Below the pieces are notes generated by a model. It ran no database searches. It saw nothing but the letters and a program-made list of their open reading frames with translations, and was not told the origin of the DNA. 64,000 nt of DNA, from the IMG/VR virus record IMGVR_UViG_3300028048_000038, positions 256,001 to 320,000 of that record, one strand, 5' to 3'. Positions 9,624 to 17,664 of the stretch are shown one piece after another. This DNA is from a virus. Its lineage: Duplodnaviria > Caudoviricetes. Each line of letters starts with the position of its first letter. Positions within the stretch are counted from its first letter, which is position 1. The position numbers and the translations under genes were made by a program.

Positions 9624-10133
9624 TTAAATAGATTTTATAAGTTCTAAAATTTCATCAGTTATCTCATCAAAATAATCAATATCTTCAGAGTATAAGCAAT
9701 TATTTGCATAATCTTTAATGTTGTTAATTTTGTCAATTATAAGAGCCTTTGTATCAACTTGTTTAGTTGGTTTAATCGGATTAATCGCTTTCTCTGCATC
9801 TTCTCTTGTTAAAAAGAAATCCCCTTGAATTGTCATAGGCGCATTTGGAACATCAAATCCACCTTTTGTATAATCCGTAAGAATTAATTTTCCATTATCA
9901 TCTATTCCCATTACATCAATGAATGGAATTGCATAATCTGGTTTGAAAATTTTTTTATTATTTGGATTTTCAAAGCCAATTGTAAATGAATATGGCTCTG
10001 TTTCATAGATATCAGAGACATCTTTTTCTTTTTTAAATACCCTAATATCTAATTCATAGATTTTAGAGCCTTTCATTAGATAACAATGTGTCACATCATT
10101 TAAAACCTTTTTTCTTAATTCTTTTAAATCCAT
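9624..10133 (-). CDS. hypothetical protein (early cassette)
   Basis: 169-aa ORF after promoter 10160-10191. Confidence 0.65.
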   Translation of the reverse strand: MDLKELRKKVLNDVTHCYLMKGSKIYELDIRVFKKEKDVSDIYETEPYSFTIGFENPNNKKIFKPDYAIPFIDVMGIDDNGKLILTDYTKGGFDVPNAPMTIQGDFFLTREDAEKAINPIKPTKQVDTKALIIDKINNIKDYANNCLYSEDIDYFDEITDEILELIKSI

Positions 10134-10159
10134 ATTTTTTTATTTTAAAAACTTTGATG

Positions 10160-10191
10160 CAAAGATACGAAAAAAAATTGGATTGACCAAA
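10160..10191 (-). promoter_or_regulatory. Bacteroidota sigmaA-type promoter overlapping a hairpin; near copy of 3564-3617
   Basis: TTTG-N20-TATCTTTG; AATTGGATTGA...TCAATCCAATT. Confidence 0.8.
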
Positions 10192-10216
10192 TAATCAATC
10201 CAATTTTAACCTTTAT

Positions 10217-10546
10217 TTACCAAAACTTTAATTTATTTACCATTTCATTAATTTCATCATTCTTAAGTTCTTCCATAAGTTCACCAATAAATGATGCAAC
10301 ATCAACCCAATCATATTCGACCTCATCATTTAAAATCTTCTCATGAAACACTTTCATTTTTTCTTCATCATTGGTTTCCCTATAATATTCCTCTTGAATC
10401 TGAAATGAATAATTTGTTATTTTTCCAATCATCATAAGAAAATTATATAGTTTATAAGCTGAGTTGAAACTTAATTCAAATCTATGTTTTATATAAATCT
10501 CCAATAGAATTCTCTCTATTATCATTAAATTCTTAATTATAATCAT
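10217..10546 (-). CDS. hypothetical protein
   Basis: 109-aa ORF. Confidence 0.55.
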   Translation of the reverse strand: MIIIKNLMIIERILLEIYIKHRFELSFNSAYKLYNFLMMIGKITNYSFQIQEEYYRETNDEEKMKVFHEKILNDEVEYDWVDVASFIGELMEELKNDEINEMVNKLKFW

Positions 10547-10557
10547 AACATTTTTAT

Positions 10558-12012
10558 TTAACTATTTGCCCAATTGTTATTATCATTAGGGTCGATTCCT
10601 TGACGGAGAAGGAACTTACTTGTAACAATCTTATAATCCTTTGGATTGAAGCCATAATCAGCCATGTCAACATCAAAATAGTCCTTCTTAAATTGTCTCA
10701 ACTCGCTTGGGTCATACTCAGCGTAATCCCAACCGTTAACTATCTTGTTTGTTGCCTTGTTTACAGCAAAGTGAGAGTAGTTCTGATTGTTTTGAAATGA
10801 CTCACCTTCTTCAGTTGGATAAGAACACTCGTCATCATCTTCTAGACTGTTTCCAGCCATCTTCTCTTCCCATTCTAACTCATCGCTACCATTCCATTCA
10901 TTTAATTCTTTTTTTTTAGAATTCTTGCTTTCAAAAATATCAATCATAGCTTCATACCACTCTTCAGATTTTCCAGGATATTTTTGTCTTAACCTTCTAT
11001 TTTTATCTAACCAATATTCTTCCCACTTCTTATCTCTTTCATTAGCTAAATCCTCTTGGTATGCTCTATCGTCAAGCATGTCTGTCATACGTCCTTCATA
11101 TTCATCAGCACCCCATTCCCTTAGAATGTTCTTAACAGATTCCATAACTAAGTTTCTTAAATCACCCTCAGTTAGTCTTAATATGTTTTTACCCATAGTT
11201 TTCTTAGTCATTTCTTGTAAATCATTCAAATCTATTTGATATCTTTCTCTCGCAATTGTTCTGAAATCTTGAGGATTTATATCAATACCATCAACTGCTC
11301 TATATAAATTATCGTTGATATAAACTATCTTTTCACCATTAATTGTTGCAGCAATCCAAAGAATTGAATTTGACTCAAAATTGATATACTTAAATTTTAA
11401 ATTGTTAATCTGATTTATATAATCTTGAATTCTTTCCTCTTCTACGCCCATCTTTCTCAATGCTGCAACTCCATCAATTTCACGTTTTGCTTTAAGGTAA
11501 GGTCTAACTTGTTCAGGAGAAAGCTCCTTAATAATATGTCCCTCCTTGTTAATTGCATAAACAACACCTTTTGGTTTAACTCCAAATATGTTTTGAGGAT
11601 TATAAGAGTGAGATTGCAAATCCGCATTTTGACCATTATAAATTTCTGGACCATTTGGACTCCAATTTGTACCTTGTTTGTAACCAACCTTATCAGCTAT
11701 TGGGTCAATACCAAAATTGGTTCTGATATCATTGGCTGAGGCTTTGAATTTGCCATATTTTTGTCCAACGGTAGTCCTGTTAAGATACCTCATGTTATAG
11801 CTAGTAATCTTAACTAAAGCCCCAATTTCTTCTTCACCTCCAAATACAGTGTAATCTGGATATTTCTTCATTCTATTAGTAGCTGGATTTCTTCTACTAA
11901 CAGTTGGAACGTCTAAGTTTGCTCCAGTCACATAACCGATGGTAACGAACTTTCCGTTACCAATCTTATCTAGTATATCAAAAAATTCACTTGATGATGC
12001 AACCCTTCTCAT
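10558..12012 (-). CDS. multi-module putative internal head polyprotein
   Basis: Internal ILRLTEGDLRNLVMESVKNILRE tag; LQE, IFE, LNE sites between modules. Confidence 0.65.
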   Translation of the reverse strand: MRRVASSSEFFDILDKIGNGKFVTIGYVTGANLDVPTVSRRNPATNRMKKYPDYTVFGGEEEIGALVKITSYNMRYLNRTTVGQKYGKFKASANDIRTNFGIDPIADKVGYKQGTNWSPNGPEIYNGQNADLQSHSYNPQNIFGVKPKGVVYAINKEGHIIKELSPEQVRPYLKAKREIDGVAALRKMGVEEERIQDYINQINNLKFKYINFESNSILWIAATINGEKIVYINDNLYRAVDGIDINPQDFRTIARERYQIDLNDLQEMTKKTMGKNILRLTEGDLRNLVMESVKNILREWGADEYEGRMTDMLDDRAYQEDLANERDKKWEEYWLDKNRRLRQKYPGKSEEWYEAMIDIFESKNSKKKELNEWNGSDELEWEEKMAGNSLEDDDECSYPTEEGESFQNNQNYSHFAVNKATNKIVNGWDYAEYDPSELRQFKKDYFDVDMADYGFNPKDYKIVTSKFLLRQGIDPNDNNNWANS

Positions 12013-12016
12013 ATCG

Positions 12017-12286
12017 TTAAAAATCCTTTAACCATTCAGCTTTCTGGAAGCTTTCAATCATTTTATCATCGTCTGTACGATATTTTGCTGCTGCCTCAGT
12101 TGAATCAGCAGCATCTATTGCGTCTTGGCTATTATAGTCCTTATCACCAAATACGCTATTTACTTTGGTGATGTCATAATATGCTCCAACAGCATAATGA
12201 CCATTTGCTCCGAATACAACTGAATCCTCGTCAAGATGCATCGCCATAGCCTTTAAAATGTCACTATCTTTGATTTTCTTTGCCAT
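12017..12286 (-). CDS. hypothetical late protein
   Basis: Late motif 12307-12315; LDE, MIE sites. Confidence 0.6.
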   Translation of the reverse strand: MAKKIKDSDILKAMAMHLDEDSVVFGANGHYAVGAYYDITKVNSVFGDKDYNSQDAIDAADSTEAAAKYRTDDDKMIESFQKAEWLKDF

Positions 12287-12324
12287 CTTACCTAAAATTT
12301 ATTTATTATAAATATCTGAAAATA

Positions 12325-12356
12325 TTTGTTTTTCTCGATTATTTAACATATCTTTG
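12325..12356 (+). promoter_or_regulatory. Bacteroidota sigmaA-type promoter for the endonuclease-primase unit
   Basis: TTTG-N20-TATCTTTG. Confidence 0.75.
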
Positions 12357-12440
12357 CAATATAAAATAAAAATTACTTAGAAGTTTTAATAAATAAATAA
12401 CTTTTTAATTGCTGCAAATATTTATAAGAAAACAATTAAT

Positions 12441-13835
12441 ATGAAAGGTAAAAAATTAACAAACGAAGAATTTATCAAAAGAGTAAATGAATTATATAAC
12501 GCAAAATATGATTTGTCAAAAGCTGATGTGAATAATAGAGACGAAAAGGGTAGAGTGTGTATAATTTGTCCAATTCATGGTGAATTCTGGAAAACCCCTA
12601 ATAATGTATTACTTGGTCACGGATGTCCAAAATGTACTTTTGAAAAAATTGGACAAGATAAAACACAAACAACAGAGTGGTTTATAAATAAGTCCAACAA
12701 AATACATAATAACAAATATAATTATTCTAAAACCAAATACATAGGAAACAGATACAACGTAGAGATAATATGCCCAATTCATGGTTCTTTTATTCAGCAA
12801 GCAGATAATCATTTAAAAGGTATGGGATGCCCTAAATGTGCTTGTGAAAAAATAAGCAAATTAAGAAGTATCTCCACAAATGATTTTATAAAACGCTCAA
12901 AAGAAATATTTGGCGATAATAGATTTTCATATGAAAAAACCAATCTTGAAGAAAGAAGAGAAGACGGAAAAGTTTGTATAACTTGTCCTATTCATGGCGA
13001 CTTCTGGCAGTTACCATCAAGTCATCTTCAAGGTAATGGATGTCCCAAATGTGGCTTAGAAGAAATAAAAAAAATATTAACCAAAACTACAGAACAATTT
13101 ATAGAAGAAAGTAAAAATATTCATGGTGATAAATACGATTATTCAAAAGTTAAATATAAACATAGCTTAGATAAAGTTTGTATAATTTGTCCAAAACACG
13201 GCGAATTTTGGCAAACGCCATCAAGTCATTTAGATGGTAGTGGATGCCCAAAATGTGCAAATAATCAACCAATAAACACAGAAGAATTTATTAAAAGGTC
13301 AAAAGAAAAACACGGTGAATTATATGACTATTCTAAATCTGAGTATAAAAATAATAGAACTAAGATAGAAATAATATGTCATAAGAAAGATTCAAACGGA
13401 ATAGAACACGGCTCTTTTTTCACTACTCCTCATTCTCATATACAAGGAAGTGGCTGTCCGAAGTGTAAACAAAACTATCGTTTAGAAAATGAAGTTAGAT
13501 TGTTACTAACCAAAAATAATATAGATTTTGAAGAAAAGAAAACATTTGATGGATTAAAATATAAAAGCGCACTTAGACCTGATTTTTATTTACCAAAAGA
13601 AAATATAATAATAGAATGTCAAGGAGAACAACATTTTAAACCAATTAACTTTGGTGGAAAAGATACCAAAACGCTGCAAAAAGAATATGAATTAAATCAA
13701 ATAAGAGACAAAATTAAAAAGAAATATTGTGAAGAACATAATATCAAGTTATTAGAATATACACATTTAGATATTAAAAATAAAAATTTAATCAAAACAA
13801 AAGAGAGATTATTAAAAGAAATTAAAAAAAAATGA
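12441..13835 (+). CDS. free-standing homing endonuclease: five CPxHG..HL.G.GCPKC-type zinc repeats + C-terminal DUF559/Vsr-like nuclease
   Basis: Repeats visible; PDFYLP..NIIIECQGEQH motif. Confidence 0.85.
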   Translation: MKGKKLTNEEFIKRVNELYNAKYDLSKADVNNRDEKGRVCIICPIHGEFWKTPNNVLLGHGCPKCTFEKIGQDKTQTTEWFINKSNKIHNNKYNYSKTKYIGNRYNVEIICPIHGSFIQQADNHLKGMGCPKCACEKISKLRSISTNDFIKRSKEIFGDNRFSYEKTNLEERREDGKVCITCPIHGDFWQLPSSHLQGNGCPKCGLEEIKKILTKTTEQFIEESKNIHGDKYDYSKVKYKHSLDKVCIICPKHGEFWQTPSSHLDGSGCPKCANNQPINTEEFIKRSKEKHGELYDYSKSEYKNNRTKIEIICHKKDSNGIEHGSFFTTPHSHIQGSGCPKCKQNYRLENEVRLLLTKNNIDFEEKKTFDGLKYKSALRPDFYLPKENIIIECQGEQHFKPINFGGKDTKTLQKEYELNQIRDKIKKKYCEEHNIKLLEYTHLDIKNKNLIKTKERLLKEIKKK

Positions 13836-14866
13836 TTGACGAAATTAAAAAAATTTACGACATATTAGTATTGATTCTAGGGGAATCAAAAAGTGGATTT
13901 GATAATGACAATTTTCAATATCAATTTCCTTGTCCAAAATGTATTGAAAGAAATGGAATAACAGAAGCTAGAAAATTTAATTTAGAACTCAATATCAAAT
14001 CTCAATTATTTAATTGTTGGTCTTGCTCATCAATGGATGAACACATGAGTGGTACTATTGTGAAGCTTATCAGAATGTACGGAAATGAAAAGCTACTACA
14101 AGAGTATAAGGACATCATTCGTGCCATTCGAGACAGTGAGTTATACAAACTTAACTTCAGCTCGAATGACTTCAATATCGACACGTCAATCATTGAGAAG
14201 GAAGACCTTAAGTTTCCACCTAGTTTCAGACCATTCAAGGAAGGTAAGTACTATAACAAGGGTGCAATGAGATACCTTAACGAAAGAGGTATCGGCTGGG
14301 ACATCATCAATCGTTATAATATCGGATTCACAGAAAAGGAAGAAGATAAGAAATGGAAGAAATCTTCATACAGAATAATCATACCATCGTATAATGAATA
14401 CGATGAACTCAATTATTGGGTCGGAAGAGACTACCTACCTAAGAAAGAGGGATTTACAAGGGTTAAGTATGACAATCCAGATGCTAAGAAAAAGGAAATC
14501 ATATTTAATGAAAATAAGGTACAATGGGATGCAGATATTACACTAGTCGAAGGTACATTTGACCACATCGTTGTGCCAAACTCTATTCCATTATTGGGTA
14601 AGTCACTCAATAAGGAATACAAGCTGTATTGGGAATTAATTACAAAGGCAAATGCCAATGTAAACATATTTCTTGATGCTGATGCATTTAGTACCGTAAA
14701 GGAAGTATACAAGTTCTTGAATCATGGAAACCTTTACGGCAAAGTGAGGTATATACCAATGGAGGGGGATGAAGACCCATCATCATTGTATGAGAAGGGT
14801 GGATATAAAGAAATTGCTAGGCATCTTGCGAATGCCCAGCAAATTGATGAAGTTTATCTACAATAG
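13832..14866 (+). CDS. DNA primase (zinc-binding + TOPRIM)
   Basis: CPKC...CWSC; YLNERGI, RIIIP, KYDNP, LVEGTFD, FLDADA, EDP. Confidence 0.88.
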   Translation: MIDEIKKIYDILVLILGESKSGFDNDNFQYQFPCPKCIERNGITEARKFNLELNIKSQLFNCWSCSSMDEHMSGTIVKLIRMYGNEKLLQEYKDIIRAIRDSELYKLNFSSNDFNIDTSIIEKEDLKFPPSFRPFKEGKYYNKGAMRYLNERGIGWDIINRYNIGFTEKEEDKKWKKSSYRIIIPSYNEYDELNYWVGRDYLPKKEGFTRVKYDNPDAKKKEIIFNENKVQWDADITLVEGTFDHIVVPNSIPLLGKSLNKEYKLYWELITKANANVNIFLDADAFSTVKEVYKFLNHGNLYGKVRYIPMEGDEDPSSLYEKGGYKEIARHLANAQQIDEVYLQ

Positions 14867-15008
14867 TCTGCCACAAACTCTTTGATGGTAACTTTGGTAT
14901 AAATACACTCATAAACTGACAAGCAAATACTGCGAGTAAGACACATGGTATCAATATTATCACCAATACTACGATAGCCACAATAAGAATCCATTCAAGT
15001 GTTGTCAT
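14817..15008 (-). CDS. small membrane protein
   Basis: Long hydrophobic N-terminal stretch. Confidence 0.55.
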   Translation of the reverse strand: MTTLEWILIVAIVVLVIILIPCVLLAVFACQFMSVFIPKLPSKSLWQTIVDKLHQFAGHSQDA

Positions 15009-15367
15009 ATTTTATTTTCTAATTCGGAATAGAAGATGTTTCTTTTTATCGGTTTAAAAAGGAAATTACAAAACCAGACCACTAGTTTGCATATGGGATA
15101 GATAGTGATACTATATAATGGCTTAAGAAAGAACTTATACAGTAAAAATATCACTATAGCAATAGAAGGTATTATGCAATGTGGAGGTATGAAGAACCAC
15201 CAAAATGGTACGGTCTCTGGCTCACTACACCAACGGTCATCTTTCGTCATTAGCTCCTTTGTAAACTCTTTGAAAATACCAAATTTACTTGAAATATAGA
15301 GATACACATAGTTTATCACTACCATTATCAACCATACCAAACAAAGATTTAAAATTATTTCTTTCAT
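15005..15367 (-). CDS. membrane protein
   Basis: Two to three hydrophobic segments. Confidence 0.6.
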   Translation of the reverse strand: MKEIILNLCLVWLIMVVINYVYLYISSKFGIFKEFTKELMTKDDRWCSEPETVPFWWFFIPPHCIIPSIAIVIFLLYKFFLKPLYSITIYPICKLVVWFCNFLFKPIKRNIFYSELENKI

Positions 15368-15639
15368 TATTCTTTAGTTATTTTTCTTAAAATCAATTCT
15401 CCATCAAAATGTTCAGTTCTCATTGCATAGCCACACTTGGGGCAGCGATAATGAGACACAACTGTTAATGCATCAATTTCTCTGTTATAGTTCGAAAAAG
15501 TGCAACCTACCTCTAGGGTGTAATGGCTACCACTACCATTTTTGCAGCCACAATACTGTTTTTCAATATTGGACTTGGCATATTTTTTTGCTTTTCTTCT
15601 CTGTTCCAATATCTCTTTTATAGTGTGTGATGTTTTCAT
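15367..15639 (-). CDS. small zinc-ribbon protein
   Basis: CGC...CPKCG. Confidence 0.55.
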   Translation of the reverse strand: MKTSHTIKEILEQRRKAKKYAKSNIEKQYCGCKNGSGSHYTLEVGCTFSNYNREIDALTVVSHYRCPKCGYAMRTEHFDGELILRKITKE

Positions 15640-16241
15640 TCCTTAATTTTTAAAATTTCACCCTTAACCCATGCCTTTGTGACATCAAAGTTGCTAAAGT
15701 TATTACCCTCAATGAAATCATAAGACAGCATTGGGTAATCATTCTCAGTGTTATCGTCATGCTCAATCGAGATTGAAACGATAAGTGAACATGCGCCATC
15801 CTCTCCCTTATCCTTGTTATAGTCATCAAGAGCCTCCTTAAGTATTGCGGTATAGTCCATTTCCTTTGATGAAAGGCTTACCATGTCCTCACCCTTGACA
15901 CCAAGGGAATTAAAGAACTTGATTGCCTCCTTAATCTCCTTGTTGGAACAAAGCACACAACTAATCTTGGTATCGTTGCCCTTGAGGTAGTTGAAGAACA
16001 TCTTAGCCTTGCTTCTAAGAATCTGAAAGCGCACGATAATGTCGCTCTTATCCTCAGTATATGGCTTTGAATAACGTACAACAATATCTTCCTCGTCAAC
16101 TAGATGTCTTCCAGCTAACACCATTGAGTTGGCAAAGTCCATATCACTCTCAAAGTCTGTTAGATTGAAAGTAATTGGGTTTGCATCAACGGTTGCTAAG
16201 TCCAAACCGTCTAACCATTTAACAAAATCATCGTAAATCAT
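15636..16241 (-). CDS. hypothetical protein
   Basis: 201-aa ORF with ATGA overlaps at both ends. Confidence 0.65.
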   Translation of the reverse strand: MIYDDFVKWLDGLDLATVDANPITFNLTDFESDMDFANSMVLAGRHLVDEEDIVVRYSKPYTEDKSDIIVRFQILRSKAKMFFNYLKGNDTKISCVLCSNKEIKEAIKFFNSLGVKGEDMVSLSSKEMDYTAILKEALDDYNKDKGEDGACSLIVSISIEHDDNTENDYPMLSYDFIEGNNFSNFDVTKAWVKGEILKIKE

Positions 16242-16453
16242 AGATATCTCTTATTTCTTTCTACTATTTTCTCAACTCTCTCCTTTGACTCAAAATCGAG
16301 GAACTCGAAATTGAATCTCTCACCTTCCTTGTTATATACAGCAGAAGGTTTGCCACTTCTGAGAATACTAATCTCAGAGACTAATACAGTGCGATTGGTG
16401 AGAACACCCTCAAACACCACTCCAAACGGCTTGCTAAATGTTATTTTGCTCAT
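16238..16453 (-). CDS. hypothetical protein (first gene of early cassette)
   Basis: ATG at 16453 after promoter 16472-16502. Confidence 0.6.
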   Translation of the reverse strand: MSKITFSKPFGVVFEGVLTNRTVLVSEISILRSGKPSAVYNKEGERFNFEFLDFESKERVEKIVERNKRYL

Positions 16454-16471
16454 ATCTTTTATTAATTGTTG

Positions 16472-16515
16472 TAAAGATACGAAAAAAAATTGGGATGACA
16501 AAATATCACCCCAAT
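16472..16515 (-). promoter_or_regulatory. sigmaA-type promoter variant overlapping a hairpin
   Basis: TTTG-N19-TATCTTTA; TTGGGATGA...TCACCCCAA; same layout as 3566 and 10160. Confidence 0.65.
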
Positions 16516-16534
16516 CTTTAACTATTATTAACTT

Positions 16535-16681
16535 TTAAACCTTAATTCTTTTTCCGTTTTCATCAAAAAACGTATATCTTGGTATTCCATTATTATCAGT
16601 TGACCAAACAACTGAATGATATATTATATCTTTTTCAATTGATGACCAAGTTACATCTATTTCACTAATTTTATTTCCCAT
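16535..16681 (-). CDS. small hypothetical protein
   Basis: MGNKISE..., ATG just after the endolysin stops. Confidence 0.45.
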   Translation of the reverse strand: MGNKISEIDVTWSSIEKDIIYHSVVWSTDNNGIPRYTFFDENGKRIKV

Positions 16682-16688
16682 ATTACTA

Positions 16689-17189
16689 CTACTCGCCAAA
16701 TTTAAAGTCATTAAGTCTGTTAAGCCATCCAGCAAGAAATTTCTCCTTTCCATTCTTAGCTATATCTTGGAAATGCTTCTTTCTTCTGTTCCAGAGCTTA
16801 TTGAATAATTCCTTTTTATCTTTATAGTTATTAATGGCGGCAATGGTTTTAGAGCCTACAACGCCATCATCCTTAACACCAAGCACCCTTTGTGGTAGCT
16901 TGATACCATAAACGCCACTAGTCCAGCACCAATCTACAAGCAAATTGGCAATTGATTGATTATCAATCTCATCAGCTTTCCATCTATCCCAATATCCTTC
17001 CTTAAAGATTAAATCCCATTCAGCTTGCGTTATTCCTTTCAAGTCTTTGCAGTTCTTATCCTTTCCGAAGAATTTCCTATATGTAGCCAACGTAACACCC
17101 TTCATAGTACAAGTAGCCCCATCGATGTTGCCACAATAGCCACCTTCCCATTTAAGTACAATTGGCGTTAATTTTGTGTAAATTGCCAT
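16689..17189 (-). CDS. endolysin, glycoside hydrolase family 108 with peptidoglycan-binding domain
   Basis: WEGGY, T.KGVT, QRVLGVKDDGVVGSKT, GWLNRL. Confidence 0.88.
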   Translation of the reverse strand: MAIYTKLTPIVLKWEGGYCGNIDGATCTMKGVTLATYRKFFGKDKNCKDLKGITQAEWDLIFKEGYWDRWKADEIDNQSIANLLVDWCWTSGVYGIKLPQRVLGVKDDGVVGSKTIAAINNYKDKKELFNKLWNRRKKHFQDIAKNGKEKFLAGWLNRLNDFKFGE

Positions 17190-17197
17190 AAATGTAA

Positions 17198-17581
17198 TTA
17201 TTTTTTATTTCCAGTATCTGTTAATACCTTATCGCTCTCCAAGAATACCTTCTTGAAAAATTCATATAATGAGCTAGTTGGATGGTCTGCATATTTCTTC
17301 AAACCCTCAATAGCTGTTTCTCTAATCTTACCGATAATTGGTTCATGTTGAATAACCTCTTGAGCATGCATTGCAATCTCTTCCTCAGAATCTCCATTTC
17401 CCATCATCTGTTGTGGTTGTTGCTGCATCATTAATGGGTCTTGTGGTGGCATTTGTTCACCCATTCCTTGAGGGTCTTCCATTGCTCCCTCATCACCGTT
17501 AAATAGATAGTCTTCTGAGAGTTGTGTTTTCAAAACCTTTAACTCTTCTACAATATTCTTAATATCTTTTTCCTTATTCAT
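17198..17581 (-). CDS. hypothetical late protein (Gln/Met-rich)
   Basis: Late motif 17602-17610; QLSE site. Confidence 0.6.
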   Translation of the reverse strand: MNKEKDIKNIVEELKVLKTQLSEDYLFNGDEGAMEDPQGMGEQMPPQDPLMMQQQPQQMMGNGDSEEEIAMHAQEVIQHEPIIGKIRETAIEGLKKYADHPTSSLYEFFKKVFLESDKVLTDTGNKK

Positions 17582-17621
17582 AATAAAACGTTTTATTTCT
17601 ATATAAATATTACATAGGAAT

Positions 17622-17663
17622 AAAAAAAGAGGTTAGATTCGGTCTAACCTCTTTTCTTTTTTT
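17622..17663. terminator. intrinsic terminator
   Basis: AAGAGGTTAGA-TTCGG-TCTAACCTCTT with A/T runs on both sides. Confidence 0.8.
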
Positions 17664-17664
17664 A

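Noticed and set aside
14817-15367. Membrane proteins as holin/spanin for the endolysin
   Set aside because: Separated from the endolysin by a hairpin and a host-type promoter (16472-16515); no lipobox seen.
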